Shown: positions 24,806 to 37,563 of the stretch, piece after piece
Layout of the letters: the number at the start of each line of letters is the position of its first letter
How positions within the stretch are numbered: the first letter of the stretch is position 1
NCBI GenBank assembly: GCA_037447605.1
Contig: CM074804.1
Span: 7,603,909-7,667,908, forward strand
DNA length: 64,000 nucleotides
Direction of reading: 5' to 3'
DNA from: Zygnema circumcarinatum SAG 698-1b
Lineage: Eukaryota; Plantae; Zygnematophyceae
Program-made: the position numbers and the translations under genes
The notes under the pieces: model-generated
Seen by the model: the letters and a program-made list of their open reading frames with translations, nothing else
What the model was told of the DNA's origin: nothing
The model's database searches: none

Positions 24806-26052
24806 ACAACGACACAGCTTGGTGTGGTTTTTCGCTCGGCTCGGACTGGTGTGGTTTTGCTTGACTTGACTTGGGCTCGGCTCGCCTCGCCTCGCCTCAG
24901 CTTGGCTCGGCTTTTCTTAAGGATTGCTAAGTGGAGTGCTACGCCTTCATTCGAGTCGAGCAGGAAGTGGGTAGCGACATGTTTCTGCCGTACTTGTGGT
25001 TTCAGTCGGTGCAGAAGGAAAGGCAGACCGACCGACTGGCGACAGGGGATCAGCCAACTCGCGGTGGGAATTTGTATTAAGAGGGGAACCGTGGGGTGAG
25101 AAGTGCCTCATGCTCTCCCCCTAGAAATGGAACGATAGAGCACCAACATCAGCATCAACACAGTGGCCAGTCCTGTACTTATGATGCATGAGATGGAGGA
25201 AATGTGGGGTTTTACACTACAGTAGCTGTAATACCTTTTTCCTCTATTAATGTCTGTAGTTAAGCTTGTAAGCGAACAATAATGAAGAGGAATAAGGAGT
25301 GAAAGTACTCGAAAGATGAGAGGGAAGTGTTCATTGGTCGATCACAGTCATTTAGCAACTTTTATTTATCGTACCTTTAGAAGTACTTCTAGGTCTTCAT
25401 GGCATGAGAATACGGAACTATCCATGCTCTCTTCCTGCCTGTGCTACCTCTCATCCTCGTTCCCCACCTGCCTTCAAGAGTGAAATCTGAAGATAAGGCA
25501 TGTTTGACAGACGTCAGGAAACGTACCCTCACTTAAAAATTATTTTTTTATTGTCACTGCCGGTGGAAGGTGAAAGTCTTGAAAACGCTACTGGAGCTTT
25601 AAGGCCGCAAGCCGTTTGAGATTGTTCCAGCAGTCGGCATATATGAAATTTCAAAATAGAGACAAAATGATCTACCGCCCTTTCTGTAATCGGGGGTACA
25701 TATTCAGCTCAGGCTTGTCGTCCCAAAAATCCCCAACGCATCTCCTCTACATACTCTCTCCTCCATCCCTTCCCATCCCGCCTCCCTCAGAGCTTATAAC
25801 CCTAAAAACCGAAAATTCCTCCTTCCTGTGGTCGACCAAAGCAACTTTGCAATGCTACGGAGGATAGCTATTACAAAAAATAGCGCTAGAGGAACGGTTG
25901 CCAAATCTAACTATGTACAAAAAGGATAACTTACACTAGAGAAGTGTTACAGGGAGGCCCTTGTAATGGTTTTACTCAGAGAAAAAGCCAAAAGAACACT
26001 ACGAGTAGAGTGAACATCTTTGAGTCGAATTGAAGTAATACGGCGAAAAGTT

Positions 26053-28771
26053 TCATACAGTGGACGAAGACAGTGCGGTCTTACTTGTCCACAATGGGCC
26101 ATTGATTCCATCTCCAAAACCTTTCAGATGCCCAGATTCCAATACGAGTGCGCTGTGGTACCAACCTGTACTCACTTGAACCACCTTGCCGCTCAAATAT
26201 TCATCCGGTATCTGCTTAGGCTCCATGACTTTAACGAGGGAAGTTCCAAGGCCGAGGGCGCCCGTGCCGCCCCAGCCGCTCCCATACACTTTGCCACTAG
26301 CCGTAAGAAATAGAGACTTGCGCTTTTTCATGCTTACCTGCAGACGGAAACCTGATACGGATCAACCAGCAAATACTGTGATGACAAACATCAGCACGGT
26401 ATCGAGAAATCCAAAAGATCCTAGAGTGCACCAATAGTGAGAGCATGATGATGCGCTTGGCATAGGTTCAGGGAGAGGGAGAGAAGAGGGAGAGAAAAAG
26501 ATCCAGGAGAGAGTCCCCTGGGAGGTGGGAGGTGGGAAGAAGGTACAGTTAATTGATGAAGGCTGAAAACTGCACCTGCACAATGAGTTCGTGCTTCAAT
26601 CCCTTAACCACCTTCGGACACGTTACCAGGTCTTCATGTCCGTGCCCGAGAGCGCCACAGTAGTTGTCGCCCCATGTATAAACCTAAAATCCTCAATGCA
26701 GACTAAAAAACGTGTCAACCTCTCCCAGACTTAGAGGCGGAACTATCTCCGTAATGAAGAAGGAGCTCTCGCATGATAATATTGGATCAAGGAACACAAT
26801 CTCAGATATGCAGGATCCACCACTCATCTCAAGACTGACCACTGACTCTGCTTCCTTTCCAACGAAAATTGACTGGAATATGAAAGAAGTCCTCACCTGA
26901 CCTAAGGTGTCAATAACTGCAGAATTCTCGTCCCCAGCAGCAACAGCCACCAAACGCAACTCAGACATGAGAAAGCTCATAATCTTGCGAGGCTCAAGCT
27001 CATTCCGAGGTACATTCTCAGGTGAAGGAAAGACAGGTCCATGGCCGAGCTGATTCCTATAACCGCAACCAAAAGAGTACGCTGTGCCTGCCTCTGCAAG
27101 AAGGAGATTGTGACTTCTGCCAGCGGCGACCTGCAGAACTGGTTCAGTTTCAAGACCAGTTACAGGCCCTGGAGTTGCCTGATTTTCCTCACTTCCATTT
27201 CCCAATCGGCCGCCAATGCCAGCGCCCCATGTATAGACCCGACCAGAGACTGTGAGGGCAATTGTATGTTTGTCGCCAGCTGATACCTGATCAAAATCAG
27301 ACAGCAGAGGGGCTGCGAGTAAATCGCATGAAACAGGAAAGCAGCATGATCTAAATTGTCCGACTTGGGCTCGAAACAAAGCCAAGAAGCGTCGAGCGAA
27401 CATTCCACTTGCCTGCTTGCATGGTATTCCTATGAGCCCTTCCACGATTTTGGGCTGGATAATGCACGTATTTGCCAAAGCCTGGCCGTGACCACAGCAG
27501 CCATCTATGTCGTCGCCAAATGTATAAACCTGCGATCATCCAATAGCATTCATTCATCGCTGCATCCTTGAGCCCCTGCAAACTAGGATGGCCAATAAAG
27601 GAACGCACAGATAGATGAATGCTAGCAACTGTTTTAAGTGTTTGTGAGAGAAAGAGAGAAGAAAGGAGAGAAAGAAAGTGAGAAAGAGGGATAGGGAATG
27701 AGAGGAGAAGGAAGCGGGAGAAAGAAAGGGAGAGGGGAAGAGGGCTGAGGGGGTGAATTTCAGACTTCAAGTGTACCTGCATACTGCAGTCCAAGACAGC
27801 AACGTGTGATCTGCCAGCAGCTACGCTAGCTACACGAGTGCCTCCAAAGCAAGCTGTTGGTGCGTATATGTGAAAGGTACTTGGCTCGGTCTCTAGAGGA
27901 GGGCTCTCCTCCCAGCGCAAGCCTTGGACCAGGAGAGACCCCTCTGCATTGACAAGCAGCGTCTGGTTACGGGCAGCTACAACCTGCCATAGCAGAAAGC
28001 ATGCGATAGTAATTCGTGAGCATCATTTAATTTTTGGCTCAGGCTTTGCTAATTGTACGAATGTATATGATTCGATCATATCGATACAGTAGTCTTCATC
28101 TCCGGGTCAAATACAAGTGTAAGAGAACAGATCACTAGAACGCTAGCACACCTACAGAAGATACCACTACCCCTACAAATTAAAAACTCGGGATACAAGA
28201 CATTGGTTTCTGAGAATTCTGCCAAACATTCTGCCTCGTACGCATTTTAATAGGATATTCCGAGCAACTATAAAAGTTGACGCGTCACATCGCCTTTTGC
28301 TTGTTAAGAGCAACGTTGCAAACCATTTGCAATGCTCTTTTCTTTTTTCGTCATTTGTTAACCGCGGTTTTTGCGAGCATGGCATCGCTCTATTCATTAT
28401 CTTTTAAAGCTCCAACGAAGACACTGTTTGTCATTTGCAAGCGAGCAGCTCACCTGAGGAAAGTGCTGCTTCTGCCCTCTTCCCTGCTCCACGAGTTCAA
28501 TAAAGTTTAAAACGCGGGCCCATCGCGAGCCGCAGCGCTTCAGCAACTCCATCCAATTGTCTCCGCACATCCGCCACGGTCCTCCTCTTGCGCGGCTGCG
28601 CTTGTGAGCTGTATTCTCCAGGAGCGACGCTCTTCTGTTAGGCAGCTGATTGCAGGGCGACCTGAAATGAAAGCAAGTAGCTTCCAAGCTTGCAAGGTCT
28701 CTGGCCGCCAGGTCTGCCGATTCCAGCACATACCGAAGCAATTCCTGCGGCAAATCATCAAAGCTGCTCAT
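26053..28771 (-). CDS. RCC1/UVR8-repeat beta-propeller protein with F-box-like N-terminus (resembles the At3g15430 family)
   Basis: N-terminus FDDLPQELLRYVL; RCC1 repeats VAAGRSH, VSAGDKHT..VYTWG, VSTGWYHS..GFGD; ATG at 28769-28771 and TGA at 26053-26055; one intron uses a GC donor. Confidence 0.88.
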
Positions 28772-29520
28772 GATTCACAAGAAATCGCATATATATTGTC
28801 CTTTTCTATGCTTGAATTACGTCTTACGACCCTCTCTGGAACACCTTAATCTGCTTCTTTTTCCTCTCCAAGAAGCATCCCCCTCCCTCTCTCCAAGCCA
28901 AGTCTTCCCCCTGCAGGCTCAATCAACATCAGTCCAAGCTTCCAAGATTCATACTCTGATGGGACTTTCCTCCGCCCAAAACGTTTTCATATCTGCTCGG
29001 GATCGTTCTCATTGGTCCACCGACGTGTACAACGAATCAAAATAGGATTTGACACATGCAAGACGTACGGTCTGGCACACGAAAACATGACAAGATGGCG
29101 TGTGACTTTAACAAGTATTTGGACCAATCAAAATGTGTCACGTCGGACAAGCATCACTTTCATTTTCACGCAACAAGATATTCGAGAGCTCTTTAGCCAA
29201 TCACGTTGTGCCACGTTGGACAAAGGTCATGTCTTAAATGAAGTCCATCAAGCCCTCTTTTAGCCAAATTTCAGTCGACTACAGTCGCTCGAGACCCCAA
29301 GTCACTTCAAGTGATGAACCGTACGGTAACTGTACGATGGATTGTACGGCGTGTAAGAACTTAACCACTTTCGAGCCCCTCTCTATTGGCGGCTAATCAT
29401 TAGTCAAACTTTGTCGAAGAAGTTGTTAGTCATTAGTCTTGGCTATTAGTCGACTAAACCACTCGACGGGGATGGGCCGTTTTTCCGTTTTCTCCCCTGC
29501 ACGCTGCTTGCTTGCTTGGC

Positions 29521-30617
29521 ATGTCGGCCATGGCGTCCAGAGCTCCTTCGTGCTTGACCCGGAGCACGGGGGAAGCCAGCACATCGGCGGTCTTTGGAGA
29601 AAGCAGGCCATGGCGTATGCGGAAACGTCCTGTTGTTCTCGCTGTCAGAAGAAGCTTGTTGGAACTGAAGAAGCGCTTAAGAATGAGGGATTTGCAGCTT
29701 TCAAGGACTGCACGCTACGTGCAGAAACCTTCTTCCGTTGTTCCCTTGATTGTCTCTAGTGGAGAGGCATTTGATGGAGAGGTTGAGAGCCTGGCGGTGC
29801 CGACTTCATGGACTCAACCGGATATTGCTGTACTGGTAACTCACTGCTGCAATGCGGGGTCCTCCGTGCATATACATGATGAACATTTTTTACGGGAGAC
29901 TGATGGCTGTTCTATATACTTTTATTATGTTTCACAGATATTTGATAGTTGTTTCTGTCAATTTGCCGAAAATCAGATCAATTGTTACTTTACCCCCGTC
30001 TGTTTTTCAATTTTTGTTTCGAACTGAAGGGCTTAAGATGTTCCTTGTCGTACAAACAACCTACAACTGTTGTCATCTTGGCGTAGAAAGAAAGAAAAAG
30101 CATCTCTTATCTGAACGTGGGGGACCTCTCTGCAGTCGCATTCATTCTGTTTCGGCTGTCCATTCACAGGAAGCAGAATGGCTACGAGCAAGTCTTCAAC
30201 GATGGCTAGACGATGAGTATTGTCCAGAGGCTGCGAATGTAGAGATCAGCGCACGATGTGCAAGGGTGTATCAGCACTGCCTCCTGGAACAGAATACGGA
30301 GATGGCAGACATTCTCATGCAGGTTTGGTAGCAACCAGTCCTGAACAGCGCGTCCTTGTCTGCAAATTCATTTGACGTCGACAATTTGTCCTCTTTGTCA
30401 TTTCGGGCATGTCAGGCAGATGCTTCTGTTTGCGTTCTCTCATGCAACTGACGCTCAGTGTGGATGCTCTCGTTACCTTGTTTGATCGCAGATGGTGAGA
30501 GACCTGGAGGGATTTTCATTCAGAGAGAGCTTCCATTCCGCGTTTACGGCAGCAAATGCTGCAGTTGCTCTCATCACCAATCGCATGATAATGCTTGAAC
30601 AAGGTCGATATAACTAG
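29521..30617 (+). CDS. Conserved small plastid-targeted protein of unknown function (WLDDEYCPE family), 3 exons (29521-29835, 30170-30322, 30492-30617)
   Basis: Ser/Arg-rich N-terminus; conserved block LQRWLDDEYCPEAANVEIS...MVRDLEGFSFRESFHSAFTAANAA recalled from plant and cyanobacterial hypothetical proteins; all phase-0 GT-AG introns. Confidence 0.78.
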
Positions 30618-31712
30618 TTCCCTGCTCGAGGGAAGTCTATTCGATATCGGTTAATAAGCTGCTTTGTGAAATAATATCCTGACCAGCCGCATTGAAACGC
30701 TGCCAATCGCTGCTGAAGCCAAATCATGCCCTCTCCGCTTCTAGCATGTGCATAGTTTGCGTTGCGCTCCTGTATATTTGTATACCAACCTTTTCCTGCT
30801 AATATCATGCCTGAGGAAAAAGGAAAGAGGAAAGTGATAGCATAACACACAGCTGCTGCGTCAGATCGTCTCATCACCTGCTGCCTTTGCTTTGATAAGC
30901 TCTCAGAGTAAACTGCGCTTCTCTGGGTTTCTCCACATTTGATGGAACTCCATCCTTTTCTTTCCAGCATGTAAATCCAACCGTCCTGTCGCTATCCTGC
31001 ATACCATTGGCACTCTCATGGATCATTCTTTGGAGCCCCTTTCATTGTAAGGCCGCATGGCAGGGATGCTTCATTTCGCGGTATCTTAAGTGCTTCTGCG
31101 CAACTTTATACCTTGTTGTGGAAGCATGGTTCTTTGCCTTTACGATTTCCATGCTTCATGTCACCAAAAAAAGAAGGGGAAGAAAATAAACAATAAAAAG
31201 AACCCCTTTGTGCCTAAGCTCCAGGCGACCATGGTTGAATTGCAAACATCTGAAGATCATGGCAACGAAAGTCCATCACACAAATGATTGTGTTCTTAAA
31301 AAAAGAGTCATTTTAATAATTTATTGGGGCGCTGACCACCATGGCCATTTACCGCATATATTTTCCCACCCTAACGTTGAACGACCTCGAGAGAAGATCG
31401 TACGCCGTACCGCATAGTACGAACTGCCGTACTCGAGGCTGTATTGCCGGCGGGCATGCGCTCGCATGGAAAGGGCTGGCAGAGCAATACGCTCGGCCAC
31501 TATTAAAAGGAAAGGGGGGGCTTTCGAACATTCCAAATCAAAATCTCTTCAGGAGCGCCAGTTTGGAATTTGAAAGCTTTGGCGAGACACGTCAAGGGAT
31601 TTATGTTGTGATGCGAGAGGCGCTGGCCAGGGCTTGGACTAACTGGGAGAGGCGGAGTAGCATGGGAGTTTTGCTGAAGCAAAAGAATCTGCTGCTTTCC
31701 TTTTGATCAACG

Positions 31713-33216
31713 ATGGATGACAGCAACCAGCACAAATCGGGAAATCAGGGACATGGAAGAGACGGCCGCTTTGAGAGTCCAGTCACAATTCTGCTGAAGG
31801 CGGAGGAGATTGCAAATGCTATAGTTTCAGCGGCGAAAGTAAGGAAACAATATGACACTCGAATAACCTCTCAGTCCATTCGTTAACGTTGCAAGCTGAC
31901 AATTAGTCTAAGGCGCAGTTAAATTACGGCTACGACCTGTCACATATCCATGGCTTTGAATTTGCACCTTCCACCTAACCTTACGGCAAGGACTCTGTTT
32001 AAGCAGGAACGACGAGCTCGGCTGTTGAAGCGTGCAAAGGATGACGCTAGAGCAGAAATCGCTGCTTACCGTGAGCAGCATGAAGCGAAACTTCACGGGA
32101 AAATTGCTCAAGCCGAGGAGGGACGAGGTGAGTACAGCATGATAACAAGCGGACAGAGTTGGAGCTGACTTGCGTTCTTGGATCGACAAACGATTTGGCA
32201 TACGATTAAGTACTGCAAAACGGTTTCCACCTTCTGTCTATGCAGGGTTCTCGAATAAAGCGTTTGAAAATGACTACAGTCGTAGAGTTACCCCTGGGAT
32301 CTAATGTTTTGCATAAGCGATATATCCAGATTAAGGTTTTGTGTCTCAAACCTTACGAATGCGGTTCTACGACATTTAGAGCTATTGATTGACTGATAAT
32401 TTTATTCTCGGGTTTCTACTTTCTTGTATAAAGTCGCCACCAAGTGCCTATACACTTGTTGTCGTTAGTGCACTCGGGCAGACAAGTAATGGATGCATAT
32501 ATGATTAGTTACCTTGCACTGCTTCTAACAGCTTGCTTAACGAAGAACGGAAAGATCATGCAAGCGCCAGTCCAGAAAATGGACTGGATAACCGATTGGG
32601 CGATGAAAAGTATAGCTTTTAGGTCATTGCTACAATCGACCCATGCTACGGCCAGGGCTATGGCTATTATTTGCACATTTTTATTGATGTTTGCTTCTGC
32701 AGCCGGGAAATCCGTAGGCTTTTTCGCAGATTGACACGTTTTCCCTAGCCATTACAATGTGTCTCAGCTTATGGTTACTGCAGTACAACTGGCTAACAAC
32801 TGGCTAACAGGCTGCACCCAACATATTTCTCAACGCCCTTACCAGGTCTGCACAGATTGCAGCGCTATAGTTCCTTGCACGAATGCAAAACAGGCGATTT
32901 CTTTCACTTGCACTATTTGGGCCGTTTGGTGCGTCTCAGGCACGTGTTCAACTGTAGGGTCAACATGACCTGCAGAGGAACGAGGAAAATACAATGGAAT
33001 ATAAGGCAGTACTTTGCAAGAGTCACGATTGCCCCGGTTACTTTGGTTTTTGTTTGCCCGGTCTGTTTTCTCGACAACCTGCAGCAGCAGATTATGAGAC
33101 ACCAGAAGAAAGCGAACAGAGTACGTGACCTGCATCCTACATGGAAATGCCTCCATGCAGGTGAAGCGCATGAGATTCTGGAAGCCGAAGCTAACAAGAA
33201 AATCGATTCGTTAAAG
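31713..33216 (+). CDS. Divergent V-type H+-ATPase subunit G (exons 31713-31838, 32007-32127, 33161-33216; last exon unresolved)
   Basis: LLKAEEIANAIVSAAKERRARLLKRAKDDARAEIAAYREQHE...KKIDSLK follows the VHA-G pattern (LL.AE..A..IV..A+...RLK.AK.EA..EI..YR); splice phases are consistent. Confidence 0.72.
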
Positions 33217-34604
33217 GTGAGGATTCCTTACACCCTAATGTGGCAGTCATCCGTTTGCACTTGGAGTTAGAGGACATCGCACGTGCTAGTTTCTGCCTTT
33301 GGATAATGTTCAGGGTTTGAGACAACATTAGCTTTAAGTTATGCAGGACTACAGATGAATGCAAGGTTTGCATCATTTGGAGTTAGCTTAACGAGCCTAC
33401 GTTCTGATAATCATTCAAATGCGGTGATCGTTATACCTGGCCTCCGTTCACACAACAGGGTCTACTGCAGGAACAGCCTACGCTATACTTGGAGGTCAAT
33501 GTATTACCGAAGTCGTTGAGACCCTTGTGCTTGCATCGCTTACATTGAATATGGCTGTGTGACTATGCTGCTATAGCCTTTCTCTTTGAGAATTTCCACT
33601 TTAGCCGCTTACGTGTAAATGCACAATGTGGAGGGCCTTGCAGTCTGACGCCGCAGAAAGAGAGAATGAGATTCGGTCGTGGCTTGTGAGCCTTGCGCTG
33701 GGGTTGTGAGGCTTTCACATGTCATCCGCTCACATGTGAACAAGAGCAGTCTGTTCCTCTGCTTTACGACTGCAGTATACTGTAACTGGACAGTTTTTCG
33801 TCTAATCACCATAAAGCCAAAGGAAACCGGCATCCCCATAAAGTGGTTTTTCATATGTACAGCTAGGGAAGGAAGCGCACGACCCACGAGTGACTACCGT
33901 ATGGGAAGCTTCGTGAGGAGGCACAGCGTCTGTGGAACCAACGTACATAGCTGCCCACAATACCGTACTAGTGGTGGTACTGAGATAGGCCCACAAACTA
34001 ATGGTGGCCTCGCCTGCTCTTTCCAGTTTCGTTCGGTTAGGGTTCCCCTTCTCACTGCGTGAGCAATCCTACTGACTGCCGTACCGAGTTTCCACAAGTT
34101 TCATCACGGCTTTGTAGCAAAAGGCTTGTTTCAGAATTCACTTCTGTCCACGTTCGCCTTTTCTGGGCACCAAAAGGTGTAAATAGTACATAGCAGCTAA
34201 TCACGGAATTTGGAATGGAAAAGCTAATGCAGTCTCTTGGTCACAACGTGTACTTGTTGCTTGATTTTACTCCAATATGGTGATTACATTTGACATTTTA
34301 TTTTTAGCTATGTCAACATAGAGTCGACGCCTGCTCTAAAGCTTACAAGAAAAACGCTCGAAATGCCTGCAATGCATGTCACCTTATGCTCCATCAAGAG
34401 TTAAGACTGCTGCCATCATATATCCTAATATTATTGACGGGCACTTCACTACAATATCTCATGCTCACTATACGCCGCTTCACAGCCGTATGTACACGAA
34501 GCAGCCACGGGTCAATTGTCTTCGTGCTTTCAGAGGGTTCACAATGAATCAGCAGCCCGCTCCTGCTGCCCCCCTTTGTGTCTTCAAGGAGTGCTGCTCG
34601 AAGC

Positions 34605-36936
34605 TCACGCCAGGACTCTTTGGAAGGCCTTCTCAAACGTTCCCACATCCTGCACCGCGTTAGGCAGCTTGAACTACACGTCAGTCGTGTCACATCGACA
34701 CTTTGCTCTCATCATCTCATGGCATGTGTCGGCTCATTATGCGCTAGCCTGTCTGTGAAGGCTCCACCAAGAGTTTGGTCACGTGCCGGCATTCATTGGA
34801 TAAGTGACTTGTTTTGCTTTCGAGGTGAAGGCGACTTGCTTTTTCGTGAGCGATCATAATAACCAAACATGCCCTGGTTCTCCAGTTCTTGATAAGTCAT
34901 TCTGACGTGAAATTTTCCCATTGGGCATAACAAAAGGAAACTTTCTGTCCACAAGAGAGAGGCAACATGCAGACTAAAAATGGTTCAGAGAGTGAAACTT
35001 GCTCACCTGTGCTCCGGAGAAGTAGAGGCTGTTATTGAGCAAGAAGTACGGGACTCCCCCTACATTCAGCTCCTGCTTCGCTTTTCGATCCTCTGCTAGG
35101 ATTTCGCGCTTCCCATTCTCAGATGCCTGATGACCCTCCCAAAGCTGTAGCGTGAGAAAATGAGGTGACTCGTCATCTCAATTCTGTTGGGATAACCGCG
35201 AACCAGATAGATGGAACAAGATCATTCCACCTTTTTAGCAAGCTATCTACCCATCTCCCCTCAGCTTCAGTCTCCCATTATTTCATAATGTCCACTAAAC
35301 ATGAACACCACTCCTCCTTAAAGACCTTCTCCGCTTCAGTAGAAGCAAATAGCATTACCATGTACTCTTGAACTCCATGAAGACCAAGTTCTTCTGCAAT
35401 GGCGACTATTTCCGTCATGTCCGACACATTCCTGCCCTCCTCATACGTCTTCTGCAGCAGCAGGCTTTTGGCTTCACTCCCCTTGCCCTGCTGCTGGGCC
35501 CAATGCACCAACCTGCCCTGCCTCCCCCTCCGTTGCCACATCAGATAAGTCTCTCGATCCCACATAACTTGAATTCAAAGAAAGTCATTCCACTTTTTTC
35601 ATTCCCCTCACATTGATCACTGAAAGAGTTCAAGGCAAACAAGGATTTTCACCTGTGGGCATTGAGTGTGTTTGGCCACCACTGCCAATTGGCGAACTTG
35701 AGTCCATTTCTAGCGCCTGACCTGCCGTAGATCATAACTTGCACAGGGGCATGTTGATTAGTCAGGAAAGAAAGTTAGAATTAAAGCAGCCCTCACTTTA
35801 AGGAGACCACTGAAAGAAGGCTGACAAGGTGAACCGATAATAAATCCATTATCTAATCAAGAAGGCATCTTGAGGTACACACAGTTAAGCGAAGCGCCTT
35901 TACCTCCGTAATGATTGTGTCCACGAGTCAGAGCCCCAACGTCGAATGTTATATGCAAGGTATTCTTCACCTGCAGGATTCGTCCGAGGATCAATCATGT
36001 AAGGATGCCTGCGAAACATGAACGCTTTCATATAGTCAGTAGCCCGAATTAACATAGATAGTAGCATAGTCGTTACCCTATAGCCGTGCATGCTGCTTGC
36101 CAGAGTATTACTAATCTTCCTTTATTCATCTGGCCATAGTGTAGGATTTCGAGAGGCTCGTGCTGAAGCACGAGCAGCACATTGAACATTATCGAAATTC
36201 CATGGTCTCCTGTTAAGTTCTGAAGGCTTCATGGTATTTGAGAAGAAAAAGGTTTTATGCGATTAGGCGTGATTATTACGCGTAACTCCAGCAAGCCTGG
36301 AAAGTATCAGGTGCCCTGATTGAGAAGAAAACTACAATGGCTGAAAAGACTACCAGATTTAGATTTCAAAACAAGAGCGAAGAGAAAACAATGACAACGC
36401 ACCATGTGATATTAATATCAACTGGACGGTCGGGAGGTTGCGCCATTTTCACATTCTCAATGGCCTTCTCCAAGCGGACCTGTGCGCCAGGTGCAGGCAC
36501 ACATGCAAGTCGACTCTTCAGACTGCTTGGAAGCAACAACAACATAACCAAACAATAAAACAACGATAAACAATCGAAAACTGTCGAAATTCATCCAGCT
36601 ATAAGAATCCGCAGCGTTCAAAGTGCGCATGAAGGGAATACGAAAGACGCATCCATGAACCAGCGAGTGCGATTCAGACATTTAAAGGCCTCCATAACCT
36701 CCAGAGAGGTACCTGCTATTGTACCATCGTCAATTTCTAGCAAAGCACATAGTTATCTGGTTCCATTCATTTCGAACCACAACCAACAAGTGCGTCATTT
36801 TCCGACAGCAGCATTTGCAGCTGCATCAATCTCAGGAGCGGGAAGCAACAGCTGATCCGACCTTCCCCACGTAGCACCACGGGCAAGCAATGTCGCTCCA
36901 CACGTCCACCTGCACCGTCGCCATTGCCACCTCCAT
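34605..36936 (-). CDS. DsbA-like thioredoxin-fold oxidoreductase, FrnE subfamily, 7 exons
   Basis: VDVWSDIACPWCYVGK (CPWC active site), W.PY.IDP, PNTLNAHRL, GVPYF (cis-Pro loop) and FSGAQ; ends DVGTFEKAFQRVLA*. Confidence 0.92.
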
Positions 36937-37260
36937 CCTCCCCTCAGAGGGGGTCCAGACGGAGAGCGACAGGAGAAGCCCTCCCTCTCTCTCTCTCCCT
37001 TGCCTCCCTCTTTCCAGGAGCGCCTGGGGAGAGTCACAGATGCGGAGGGACTCCCTTCACATGCACTGCACAGTTCCAAATGTAGTTTACGAGGGACCAG
37101 TCGCAATTATTTTTACATGGAACGCCTATGATTTGTGCAAGATCTTAATCGTACGGTGATGGACGCACCGACATGAATCGTACAATGAAGATCTTTTCTG
37201 TACGGACAGCCGCGCGGCTTCCAGAGAAGAGCCCACGTGGCGCGTCTGCCACCGGTCCCT

Positions 37261-37374
37261 AAACTGCGCGATCGGTGGACCGCGCAGAAAACTGCGCGTT
37301 TCGACCTTTCGCACCGTTTTTCGCGTTCTGGAGGAACCGGAACCGCGCAGACAACTGCGCGGTAAACTGCGCGC
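37261..37374. promoter_or_regulatory. Cluster of six CTGCGCG motifs (both orientations) in the DsbA/FBN7 divergent promoter
   Basis: AACTGCGCG at about 37262, 37290, 37353 and 37365; CCGCGCAG at about 37280 and 37343. Contains CGCG-box (CAMTA-type) cores. Confidence 0.55.
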
Positions 37375-37563
37375 AAGGCTGCCCCTGCCTGCCTCGCCTG
37401 GACCGCACGGTATTCCGGACTCCTCGGAGCTTCGCACGCCCGAAAATTCCTGAACGAACCTTCTGCTCACGCTCAGGAGTAGCGGGAGAGGAAAGTGAGG
37501 AAGCCATAGCCTGTTGCTGCTGCGAGCTTGAGCTTGAGCTTGGACTGCTTGTACAGCTTGGAT

